A stretch of DNA of 64,000 nucleotides from Perkinsela sp. CCAP 1560/9 (lineage: Eukaryota; Protista; Euglenozoa: Kinetoplastea): positions 682,001-746,000 of the forward strand of contig CBFFSA010000010.1 of assembly GCA_965644495.1 (NCBI GenBank). Reading direction: 5' to 3'. The notes under the pieces are model-generated. The model searched no databases. It was not told where the DNA came from and worked only from the letters and a program-made list of their open reading frames with translations. This document shows, one piece after another, positions 35,662 to 46,899 of this stretch. Positions within the stretch are counted from its first letter, which is position 1; each line of letters opens with the position of its first letter. The position numbers and the translations under genes were made by a program.

Positions 35662-38190
35662 TTATCCATACAGTCGTAATACGAGGAACGTCCCAATTAG
35701 TGGCAGCAGTACCCACCACAGGAGAAGGGCAACCACCCATGTCGTTCTGGTCAGGACCATCATACAAGCCTCCCTCTGACTTTTTGTGAGGTATTCCACC
35801 CAACGCGTCGCAAACGACTCAGTGGCACTCAGCGGTGTCAGTCGCACAACGCGTGTGAGATCCGCACTGGCAAGCAGTGGAGTCGTTGTACACCGGGCTG
35901 TGGGACTCGGAACAAAAGGCTTCTCACCCCCGTCGCCGTGCTCCACACAAGAGAGGGATAGGCTCGTGATGGGGGCGTGATGGAGCCGGGCGTGAGGTCC
36001 CAGGCAGACCCCCCAGGGGAGGTACACGCGAAAAACGGTCCCTTCGCTGGTGCCGAGAAGCAATCCATAAGGGGTTGGTTGTGTTGTCGTTTTCTTTTTT
36101 GACGTAAAAGTCCGGGGTGGGGACCACCTCATCTCGTGTGTACACGAAGTACAAGTCAAGAATTTGTGTTCTGTGTCGTTGGAGCGAAGAGGTGACACAG
36201 ATGACGGCGTACACGCCAAAGGTAATGCGTCGCTTTGTTCCAGCAACGCAGGAAAAAAGGTCAATGCTGTGACACTGTCCTTGCTTAAAAACGAGCTACG
36301 GACGTACCGTAGTCGGATGTGTTGGTTTTCAAAACTGTTCTCTGTGTCGCAGAAATGGGGCGTGGGTGGCTTTGTCAAAGGCGAGTAAGTCGTGTGCGCA
36401 CGCTCGAGCCCCAACACCAGCAGCACACTCCCGGTGGATGTGTGGTTGAGCACCACGTAAAGCGTCTCTCCGTTTTGTGGATCAAATCGGCAGTGTGACC
36501 AACGCACGGGTGAGGAAGAGGTTGGCTTTCGAGATGCTAACCAGGAGGAAGGGACAAGGGAAGTGGACACACCGTGAGGAGAGCTGAGTTCCGGGGGGAG
36601 GGTGTGGTAACTACACAGCAGGGTCATGGCCGCGCAGGCAGGGCACAGAACGTACAGAAACACCCCTCCACGAGAACTAGTGACGGCCAGGAGTGTTTGA
36701 ATGCATGTGCTACGTGGGTATGTTCTACTCTCTGATATGTTGGACTCGCCAAGGGAAGACTCTGACAAGGTTTTCGCCGAAGTCCTAGAGCTGCACTTAG
36801 CGTGAAGATTCGTGTCTGGGTTCTCGCTGCGCCTTTGCTCGAAGCCGGCACCTCTTCCTAGGAAAGTGTTCATATCCAGTACGTAGGGAAGTGAACGGGA
36901 AGGTGCCAGGCGTGTCGAAGGGGTATCATGATTCGATGGACTTTCCTCACACCCGCAACAGTAAGAGGTGTGAGACTCGGAACGCAACCCGGTGGGAAGT
37001 TCATCGTCCTGGTAAATATTCGCAATAGTGTTCCGGTCCAATTCTCTCCTGGGATCGTCTTTCGATGCAGCATGGTCTCTCCGACTATTTCTCCGCAACT
37101 CCTGTTGAGACGGGGAAAGGGGGGTTTTGGATTCTGGATCCTCTTTTGACTCTGTAGTGGCTTCTTTTGTGGCGTATGAACAGCGATTAGGACTGGAAAG
37201 AAAGTGATGGCGTCGAGCTCGACAACTTCGCTTCTCACAGGGGAGATATGTCGCATGAAGGTGTGATAGAGTAGAAGACGTAGATGAAATACGGGCAGAG
37301 GAAGACAAAGTAGACGATTGTGTGTTTTCCGTGCGAGATGCCACGAGGCTGACCTCGATCACCTTTATTCCGCCATCGTCTTGGGAGAGGACATAGCGAA
37401 CCAGCGTTGTCATACGCCCGCAAGGGTCCGCGTGTTGGACAGACACCAAGGCAATGCACTTTTTATTGGGCTGCATGAGAGAAGTAGAGGTGAGGTCGAG
37501 AACGTTGATTTCCTGGGAGTCGAAAACAGGGTTTCTTACACTGCTTCGTTGACCGTCTTCCTTGTTCGTGTGTCGACTACACGAAGCGGCTAACTCCATC
37601 GTTCGGAAAGAAAGACCTTTTGGGTGGCTGAGTGCGGAAAGAAACGTAGAAGAGAGGCAAGGTATACGAGTGGAATTTGGTTCCAGACCATAATCATGTC
37701 TCTCGTCTGGTATTTGCGTGGTTAGTGAATCCCACACAGATTGGTGTCGCGACAGTGAAACTGTGGAAACCTGTAGAGTACAGTCATCAGTAGGTACTCC
37801 CTTCTTGGTGCCTGCCACTCGGTCGGTTTGTGGGGCAACTTCAGTAGGAAGTCGATGTTCATTCGAGATTGGTGGCGTCCGGCTAGGATGCAAAAATATG
37901 TACTGCACGGCATTGGGAATCCCAAATGAACGGCCTCCACCCCCCGCTACCAGTAAAACGGTAGAGTTTATCCATTGAACCGTAAATACTGGGTAGGCTA
38001 TTTTAAGGACAGCAGGAAATGAAACTGACACCGAGGTGTCACCTGAAGGACACAGTGCGGGTAAATTTCTTTTGATGTTTTTTTGCCATAGCATTCTGCG
38101 TTCAACGTGTTCGCAGAAAATTTCGATTGGAAATTGTACGTGTGGATTTTCGGCTGGCTGGGGCATCGAATTCGAGTGCACTGGCATCAT
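35662..38190 (-). CDS. SEC12: Sec12/PREB-like Sar1 GEF (WD40 propeller with large insertions, C-terminal TM)
   Basis: N-terminal YPVFTVQW..LLVAGGGGRSFGIPN resembles the Sec12 K-loop GGGGxxxxGxxN; WD-like LHHAPITSL...ASAD; hydrophobic C-terminus. Confidence 0.62.
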   Translation of the reverse strand: MMPVHSNSMPQPAENPHVQFPIEIFCEHVERRMLWQKNIKRNLPALCPSGDTSVSVSFPAVLKIAYPVFTVQWINSTVLLVAGGGGRSFGIPNAVQYIFLHPSRTPPISNEHRLPTEVAPQTDRVAGTKKGVPTDDCTLQVSTVSLSRHQSVWDSLTTQIPDERHDYGLEPNSTRIPCLSSTFLSALSHPKGLSFRTMELAASCSRHTNKEDGQRSSVRNPVFDSQEINVLDLTSTSLMQPNKKCIALVSVQHADPCGRMTTLVRYVLSQDDGGIKVIEVSLVASRTENTQSSTLSSSARISSTSSTLSHLHATYLPCEKRSCRARRHHFLSSPNRCSYATKEATTESKEDPESKTPLSPSQQELRRNSRRDHAASKDDPRRELDRNTIANIYQDDELPTGLRSESHTSYCCGCEESPSNHDTPSTRLAPSRSLPYVLDMNTFLGRGAGFEQRRSENPDTNLHAKCSSRTSAKTLSESSLGESNISESRTYPRSTCIQTLLAVTSSRGGVFLYVLCPACAAMTLLCSYHTLPPELSSPHGVSTSLVPSSWLASRKPTSSSPVRWSHCRFDPQNGETLYVVLNHTSTGSVLLVLGLERAHTTYSPLTKPPTPHFCDTENSFENQHIRLRYVRSSFLSKDSVTALTFFPALLEQSDALPLACTPSSVSPLRSNDTEHKFLTCTSCTHEMRWSPPRTFTSKKKTTTQPTPYGLLLGTSEGTVFRVYLPWGVCLGPHARLHHAPITSLSLSCVEHGDGGEKPFVPSPTARCTTTPLLASADLTRVVRLTPLSATESFATRWVEYLTKSQREACMMVLTRTTWVVALLLWWVLLPLIGTFLVLRLYG

Positions 38191-39978
38191 AGTACAATCC
38201 TTTCTGCCAAAACGTTTACACAATTAACAACCCGTATAGTAAAAAATGTCTCTAAACGTTTTATATACTCCCCCCCTCATTAATTTTCATAAATGACCCT
38301 AAACATTTTTCCTCAAAACTATATTTTTTAACGATAAAGATACAGTTTCTGTACCTTGTTGATTTTTTTATCATGACACGTTTTTCACGATCTCTACATG
38401 AGTATGTTCAGATTGTGAGACATACTTCGTCCCCCATCTCCCCCATCACCGTTTCTGCGAAAAGTGTGCTCAACAGAGCAAGAAACGTGGCCCCAGTGAT
38501 AAGAAATAGACCATAGCTCTCCTGGAGCATAGCATGAGAACACTGGCCTTCCAGATCCAGACTTTAAAAAGAAATCCTCCTTACCGCTGAGGCCTTCCAA
38601 CTCAAAAAGCCTTGTGCTGTCTGCAATAAACATTTTTCTCCATTCAAAATGAAACACACGAAGTGTTCTTCATGCCACTTTGGGTCCAGTAAACCGGCCA
38701 CGCCTCTCCCTTACAAGGCGCGAAGACCGGCCTCCCCGGCTAAAATAACCATGTTTCCTGAAGGTAAACCAGTCGTACTAAAGCCGGACAATCACCGCAC
38801 ATTAAAGAACTCCTAGACCATATTCTCGGGGCCCTTTGACCGAAGAGCGGAACCGCAGCTGGGTCTCAGAGTCGATGAAAGATTTTCAGGAATTATAATT
38901 TTCACCCAATCCTAACAGCTCCCCAATTCCGCGGTTCCAAAGCAGATCCTAGGCTCCTTGTTGTTGTTGGGATCCTTACAGATTCCTATGCGAGGAAGTC
39001 GTCGTCGCTACGGCAAAAAGGCAGAAGGCTCCGCCTTCTGCTTTTTGCCTTGCGCCTCCTCCTTCCTCTACAGTTTTGCAGATCGCAAATGTAACAGGTC
39101 TTAGCGTTGATCAAATCACACTCGCTGACGGGTCAACGAAGTAGAGACATAGCCGGCCGAATCTCTGCGTACGACCGGCGTTGAATGCGCTGTAATGGCC
39201 GTTGATAACGGTCGTCATACGACAGGAAAATGCTCTGCCGGCTCGCCCCGTATGAAACTGAAACATTACCTTCAGCAAGATTGTAGTACAGGACGAATCT
39301 GAGTGACAACCTCCCCCCCTATTTAACGGGGGTCGCGTGAGCGACCCCTGATAAATGGGGGGAAGGTGGTAGTTGTTTTGGGGAATATGAGAGGTCGAAC
39401 GCACGGAGGGGCCGGCCGGGCCAATAAACCCAGACCTTGTTTACCCGTCTGCGACATAAACTGGTGAATGCTGCAAAAAAAATTAAGTTGAGGTGTCAAA
39501 GAAATTCACTATTGTGATATATATTATAAATGTGCTATATGCATTATAAATGTGCTATATGCATTAGCAATGTGCAGCTTAATATGCATTATAAATGTCC
39601 GGGTGCCCTCTTGCAACTCCGGGGCCTCACCGGGAGCAAAAGTGAATTTATTTATTTCCATTTTTTGGCAACGTGAAAAACCTAAAATTTCCAGTCAACC
39701 TCAAATTTCGCGAAAACCAACGAAAAATGATCATACTTTTTAAGGGGTGAATTTTTTTAAGGGGTCGAAAAATTTCTACGGGCTCGAAAAAAATTTAAGA
39801 GCTCGATTTTTTTCCAACTTTTATGCCAGATAAAGGTGCAGAATTTATCCAATATAAAAGTGCAGCTTAATATATATGTAAAGGTGCATTATGCAATATA
39901 AAGGTGCAGATTAGTATGCAATATAAGTGGCCACTTTTTATGCCAGATAAAGGTGCGAGTGGGGTCCCCTAGAATAAT

Positions 39979-42018
39979 GGCCGTTGTGGCTTGCACTGGC
40001 TGGCACAAGTTGGCACTGGATTGTAGTGGACCCCCTGCAATTTGGCGTCTTTTTCGGGTCCACCCGGGTCCACTCGGGGTCACGGTGGGCCACTAGGGGC
40101 CATGGTGGGCCAAAGTGTAGCACTGATACTGGTCTTTGTTGATCATTTAGTATAAGTTTAGTTGATCAAATATGGATTGTTACTGCTATTTCTTAAACGT
40201 TGCTCCCTTGTGATGCAAAATGATAATCATTATTATTATTTTCTAGATTCGAACTCTCCACCTATTCAAATTTATTGTGATGGGAAAAATGTATTGTCCT
40301 CGCTGCAAGGTGGACCGCCACGTATCTTTGGGGGAACCTATACGGTGTGTAATGTGTGCATGCACCATTAAAAGTGATGCAAAAGATCCTTGCATCCAAT
40401 GTCAAAGGGTCTCGGTAATCATAGGAACGAACTACTGTCCTCTATGCAATGCTCCACAGGACTCGGAACGACTTCTGCCCAGTGCCATCTCTCTCTCTCT
40501 GCGGAAGCAATATGCGCATACTTCAACCACCCTCTTCACCCCGAAGAACGCAACTCCTTGCAAGAATTTCTTCGAAACATGTGGCGCATGTACGAAGGTG
40601 TGCGTGCGAACGAGAAAAAGAGACTACGCGACGATCAAGTAGCTTTGGTGGAAAGCTTTTTATCGACTTTGGGGGATGCAAACCTTGAAGTTGATCGAAA
40701 GTTTGTTCATCAAATTCAAGGTGATGTCAAGGATAAACTTTCGGCAACACTGGAAGCAAGTGAAGTCTAATCCCTTAAAGATGACCTTCTGCAACGTCGC
40801 ATCATCAAAGACCGAAAGACTGACAACTTCCACCTCTTCCACGTTGCGAGACCTCCGCCTCGTAGTTCCATCTCCGCAGAAGCTGAGGTTGAAATCGTAG
40901 AAATACGCGATACAAATGGAAGAAACGAGGTTAGCGGTCCGAAACGTCATCGGAGCGACAGTATTGCCTAAACCCGTTCTCCACATACTCTTCACTTTAA
41001 AAACAGTAAGTAAAGTAAAGCTGTAAGGCATGGAAAAGGAAGCATTGTAAGTGCAAGATAAGATTGTTCAAGCAAGTTTAAGATACAACAGTTTATGTAC
41101 ATTATGTTCAAGATATACAAATAATTTATATTGTGTATTAAAATGCTATTTCCTTGACACATGGTTTTAAAACGTATTGTTATTAACAAAGACTACATTG
41201 CTCTTCTGTTCTGTTCTTTTATCTTTATGGTGCCCTTTTCAGATACCTCGGCGCTGAGTAGTGGCTCGAATCCCGAACCTTTCTCTGTCCCTCCATCTGA
41301 ATCTGATGTGGAACCGGATGCACGTGAACCTGATGCCCCATATGAGATGAAGTATTCTGAGCTTTCTCTCTGTGGGCTAAGCCACCGAGTTCTTGCCCTG
41401 CTAAGGCATTTTTACCCTTTCGAGGAAATTTTTGCCAGCTTTCTTTTTTTACGATGCGGGGGTAGTTACGACATCACCTCTGAACTTATGCTGTTAAAAT
41501 TTGGCCCAGGATGGTCTGAACGCTCTTGTGCCGACAAAATACCGGCTTTTTTCAAGAAAATGTATCAGAATATGAAAGAATCTTGGTTGTCCCTTGACTC
41601 TGATATTCTTTTTCACGAAGCTAACACTGCATTTCCTTTCTGGGATAAAGATGTTACAGTGGCTTTGGGCACTGTCCTTCTTTTTGTTGATAGCTTACCT
41701 CGTTGTTACCAGCCAAAGTACGCTACGCACGTAGTTAAGGCTCTCGTGGCGTGTACAATGTCAGGATTTGTTTGCTTCACATCTGACACTTTGTATTGTG
41801 GAGCATCTTCGGATGCAGTTATTCAAGATCACAGCGGGGTCCTCAGTTTTTTGTCGAAATGCAATCTTCGCGCTCTTGCGGATGGGAGGTTTTATGACAG
41901 TCGCACTAATAGGCTGATACTGCCTCATTCAAAGGAGACTGTGCAAGTCTTGGTTGGCATGAGTTGGCATGAATTGGCACAAGTTGGCATGAATTGGCAT
42001 AAGTTGGCATGAGTAGCC
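39979..42018 (+). mobile_element. Two-gene element: double zinc-ribbon ORF (40277..40770, frameshifted) plus DDE_Tnp_4-like transposase (41161..42012, C-terminally truncated)
   Basis: Four CxxC pairs; LGTVLLF, YQPKY, CGASSD and LADGRFY motifs; TTGGCA repeats near both ends; weak AT|GGC...GCC|AT boundaries. Confidence 0.6.
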
Positions 42019-42678
42019 ATATTTTTGTTTTATCAGCCAATTTAAATCTTTTTTCGGTGCGTTCTACAAAATTTAGTTACAAATGTATATTCGTTAAAAG
42101 TCATCTAAAGGACGACAACCTGGTGTCGTTTATCTCGGGACTGCAGGTGACAATACAGAACAAACACACCTACTTGAAGCACCTCATTTCAGTGCTAACA
42201 AAAGCGCAAAGACCGGCAACCCATTCGGAGTTGCTAGCAAAGACGCTGGTCCGGTCCAGCGCGTCGATACCGCTGCGACAGGCGCGCCCGATAACCAAAG
42301 AACAAATAACTACCTTATTGAGGGAGATACTACTCCCTCGCTACCCAGTATTAATAAAATTTGGCCCGAAAAAAGTTTTTCCGGAAAAGGTTTTTTTCGC
42401 AAAGAACCAAAGGCAGCACCATAAGGAAAGAAGAATTTTAGGAAAGAAAAACGCACCTTTTGGACGACTCGAGACCCCCTTCGGAAGCGATTTACAAACC
42501 CGAATTTCCCACGTATGATTTTTGCAACTTGAAGTTTGGGATACGCAAGACCGTAGAGGAAGGGGGAGGCGCAAGGCAAAAGGCAGAAGGCGGAGCCTTC
42601 CGCCTTTTTGCCGCAGAGACGACGACTTCCTCGCGTGGGAAGCTGTATGGAGTCCTAGGGAACATGTTTTTCCTATGT

Positions 42679-42860
42679 AACCCAGGGCAAAGTGGACGAG
42701 GGAGATACCAAAAGTTTAGGTGCGGCAGTTTCCAAAGGAAAAACAGTATCTCCCTTATGGCATGAAGGCAAGCGCCTAAAACGGTAGAGATGCCGTTTTT
42801 CCTTTGGAAACTGCCGCAGCTAAACTATTGGTATCTCCCTCGTCCACTTTGCCCTGGGTT
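42679..42860. mobile_element. Palindromic MITE (~180 bp)
   Basis: AACCCAGGGCAAAGTGGACGAGGGAGATACCA ... TGGTATCTCCCTCGTCCACTTTGCCCTGGGTT, with ~74-bp arms. Confidence 0.85.
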
Positions 42861-42905
42861 GCCTCGCATGACTCCCGAAATGAAGCTTAAATCCGTATTT
42901 ACATA

Positions 42906-43841
42906 TAAACCCCCGCTCACGAAAAGTGACCCCCCACTTTTTTTTCGTACAAATGTCCGTTTGAGCTGATTTTTGTTGCATTTTGCAGATCTCAACACAA
43001 GGACTTTGCGCGTGAAGAAATGAGACAAAAAGAAACGAATACGCACAATTTAGAGAAGAATTAACATTTTTTTACTTTTTCGCCCTTCAATCTTATACAC
43101 TCCTTAAGTCGAGAATCAAAACTTAATACTGTTTTGTCGATCACTTTTTGAGTTAAAGAAGACCATGCTTTACGTACACATCGGATAAGTGAAGGCTTGT
43201 CCGATGGCGTTTGTTCGTCTACCGCCTCTTGGACCATAGACCAGACGTTTTCTATGGGGGAAAGGTCGGGCGAGTTGGGGGGCCAGTTTCTTAGAACATC
43301 ACTCATTCGATTCTCAATATACTCTTTGGAGGCACGGGCAGTATGTGCCGTTGCCCCATCCTGTTGAAATACACTATTAGGGGGGAAATCTACCTGTTTT
43401 GATGTTTCTATGTACGTCTTACTTGTAATAGATGTGTCATTTGGTAGAATAAACAAATACCTCCACCCACAGGACTCAAAGTGTATTCCCCGCTAGATTT
43501 TTTTTCGTTCAGATATTTTTTGATTATCCTTCTAGAGACGTTAAAATCACGGGATAATTGTTTTATCGGAACACCTTCTGCATGTCTCATCTTCAAAAGA
43601 ACCTTACCACTATCCGTAAGCGCCCCTTTTGGAAGCCGATATGGTGATTTGGTCATTTTTGGAAGAAAAAGTTGAAAAGCCAATTATTTTTTTTGACTAA
43701 ATTTTAAAATTTTAAAATGAGCTAAAAACAGCGGGAACGTGCAGATCTCGAAATTTTGAACGAAACCGTGGTATGATAACCCACCCACGCCCCCATGTGC
43801 TAAAAATAAGGGGGGGTCACTTATTCGTGAGCGGGGGTTTA
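42906..43841 (-). mobile_element. Internally deleted Tc1/mariner element
   Basis: TIR TAAACCCCCGCTCACGAA(T)AAGTGACCCCCC at both ends; ORF pieces 43408..43683 (HTH) and 43061..43456 (FQQDGATAH, WPPNSPDLSPIENVW). Confidence 0.9.
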
Positions 43842-44662
43842 TTTCCGCACCCCGGGTTAATCGGGCTGCGAAGCAACGGTTTAGGTGTTATTATAATTTT
43901 AGATCTACAATTCTATTTTCTGCACATATTTTTTTCATGGCTACTGTAAAGTGGCCATAGGCCAGGGGCATTGTATACAATGCAGGGGCTTAGCGACCCC
44001 CGCCTTCCGAGCTTTTCCGTCCACAGCAACGGTTTTTTGCGCATATTCTTTTGTCTCGTATCTGAGTTTTCTGTGGTTTTCTTGGTGCCGTGCGAATCCT
44101 AGGATTTCTTTGTCCAGGTAATTTTTTGATTAACTTGCGCGCGCTTCTATATTTAATATGGTATCACGATCTTTAAATCAATGGAAAATCACATTTCTAA
44201 TAAGAGTCACGGATATTATTTTGCTTTCACGTTTCTACATTTTTTTTTCGTAACGTTTTTTTTTCATGACTGCACCCACATCCCTACGTGACAAATGGCC
44301 TAGCCATCATCATGACTGCACATGCGTTTACTCCCGAGTCGAAAACCACCTCAAAAGTAATTAAAATCACCTTCGATGAGTTTCTTTCGTTTCAATGATT
44401 TTCGTTTTGACACGTGGGCGTTTTGATGAGTACTCACGGAAGTGTCCTCGTACCCCAATTTTTTTGAATAGGACCGAAATGCGGGACAGCGATATTCCTG
44501 TTCCCGGAACAGTGTTCCGTGTTCCATGGAACCCCGATGTATGAATGAAGAAATAGTGTTGCATACAGATATTTTCCATCGAATTCTTCGCAGATATTGT
44601 CAGCAAAAAGGTATCGAAAGTTGGTTTTGAGCGAACCACCTCCCGATATTAAACTTTAAGGT

Positions 44663-45271
44663 TCAGACCAATATATTAGTTCTTTGCCACCCAAACGTCC
44701 TAAGTGAATCCGGAAGGTCACGTATGTATACAAAACCGGAAAGGTCTATGTTATCATTTAAACGTAATTCTTTCATACTATGCGGTAAATGACACAAGTC
44801 GACCGTCCCACTAAATTTATTCAAAGAAAAGTTTGCGTCCGTGATGGTAGGCGGCAGTGCCTCAAGCTCAAGTACTCCAGAAAACTCGTTTTCTTGTAGC
44901 TGCAACCCCTTCATATTTCGTGGCAATGCAACGATATCAACCGAGCCATGAAGCTCATTGTTCGCCAAACTTAGGTGTTTTACAGAGTTCGGAATATATT
45001 CCCATGAAACGTTTCCATTAAGTTTATATCCATACCAATAAATATCTTGCACATTTTCGTTCTTGTCGCACACAACACCTTTCCAGGAACCTGTTGATAC
45101 CGATGCGTCCCATGTGGGATGTCTATTTGCGAAGGTCTGAACAAAACGAGCAAGTTCATATTCCGAAGGAAGTTGAACTCCACGTACCTTACCTGCTAAA
45201 GGGGGGTGAGTGTCACGGCACAAAAAACCTGGATTTGTAGGTACACGACTTTGCAGATCTGTGAGAAACAT
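44663..45271 (-). CDS. Short LRR protein, family copy 4
   Basis: LAGKVRGVQLPSEYELARFV, WKGVVC and LRRs; first ATG at 45271. Confidence 0.88.
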   Translation of the reverse strand: MFLTDLQSRVPTNPGFLCRDTHPPLAGKVRGVQLPSEYELARFVQTFANRHPTWDASVSTGSWKGVVCDKNENVQDIYWYGYKLNGNVSWEYIPNSVKHLSLANNELHGSVDIVALPRNMKGLQLQENEFSGVLELEALPPTITDANFSLNKFSGTVDLCHLPHSMKELRLNDNIDLSGFVYIRDLPDSLRTFGWQRTNILV

Positions 45272-45461
45272 TACGCGAAAAACGCAAAAAGTGTTGATAG
45301 AATAAAAGACGAATAAATTCCTCCTCAAAAGTAATGTGCACTAAACAGTAGTTACAAGTAAACGGTAGTTACTGTACCACCCCGTTTATAATAGCCTCGC
45401 TTTTGCCCAATGAAACCTATAAAGGGGGGAGGGTGATTACTAAGTGTCCCAAGGCCACTTA

Positions 45462-46437
45462 GAGGGGTGACTCCTGCCCGGGCGCTCCCAGTAAACTTCT
45501 ACGGAGATCCGACTTGGTAAAATGATTTTTTCTCAAAGAGGTCCGGAATCCTCAATGCCCCTTGGATGGAACATGCTGGGCTAACATGACAAAGAGATAG
45601 AAAGGGAGTCCGGCGTTGGGCTGTCGTCCGTGATGGGGCATGGCGACCCCAGCCTTCCGAAGTAAGGACTTCCAGCTAGCTGCAGGGATTTATCCATTAC
45701 TATTCCTGCTTAACCCCTACTCGCGGAGTCGTTAACCGCGTTCCGGGGTTGTAAGACGGCGTGGTAGGTCCATCTCCAGGAATACGTTGTTAGCACCACC
45801 TTTTCTCGCGTGCCAACCTTGTAACCTCGATGGAGGTGGAACTGCACTCGTGCAAGCTGTGGTCGAATCCCACCCCATCTCCGGAGGAGTGGAGGCGTAA
45901 AAAACTTCGTTTCTCCAGTCAGGACCGTCCCGGACTAACAATCTGGGGTAGTGGAGTTTTAGCGGGTGAGCTAGCAGAGTCCCTGACGCAGTCCGATACT
46001 ACAACACTCTGCTCATTCGACCAAGAAAATCCCACCGGTTGGACGGTCCTTAACGTTATGTGTATTGCGGTGGTTGTTTAACTACCGATGTACCCTCGAT
46101 TATTAAAAAAAAGTGAACAAATTTTCCACCCCCACGTGAGGGTGACCCCCCCTGGTATCCGCAGGAAGGGTCCGCCAAGTTCGGATTTTTCACGAAAAAA
46201 AAGTTGGAAAAAATCCTAGGCGGGATCCTAGGCGCTCCCACCCAGAGTCACCCCTCTAAGCACAATGTATTATTAACATGGTTTATTACATGTCGAAACC
46301 CTCGTTTAAGTTCTGCAGAATAACAATACCAGTAACATGATTTCTGTATTTCCGATTGAAGCAAAAAATATTAAGAAACTAAGGAAGAAAATTTTGACGA
46401 AAGATATCCTAGGCGCTCCCACCCAGAGTCACCCCTC
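45462..46437. mobile_element. Harbinger/Tourist-like non-autonomous element with captured fragments
   Basis: TTA|GAGGGGTGACTC ... GAGTCACCCCTC|TTA; a second right end lies at 46245..46256. Confidence 0.65.
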
Positions 46438-46899
46438 TTAGTATATCTACCCCCCTCCCAGCAACAGGAGCGGGAGACGTCCCTTTTTTAGAAGCAACAG
46501 AGCAACTTTTCTAGCAATCACACGGTAAGAAGTCGCATTTTGAGGTCAAGACACCATTATTCTAGCAACTGCAGATAAGCAACGGCGCGATTTTTTTTCT
46601 GCTTTTTAGACAAAATTTAGTATACCGTATCCACTTAGTATACCTACTAGGTATACTATCCTGGAACATGGTTTACTATCACCGCCCTCCGACGAAAATG
46701 GAAATACTCATCGAAACGACCCCTGCACATGGTAGTTTGGATGAGTACTTTCTTCCGTGGTGCATCCGTGGTCAGCTCCCCCTCTGATTAATTTTGATAA
46801 ATGGTATTTTTTTGAGCATTTCGAAGCATTTTTTTTATCAAAAGTTTTGTGTTTTAAAAAATGATAATTTTTTTTGGTAGTAAGTTTCATCGCTTTAAA

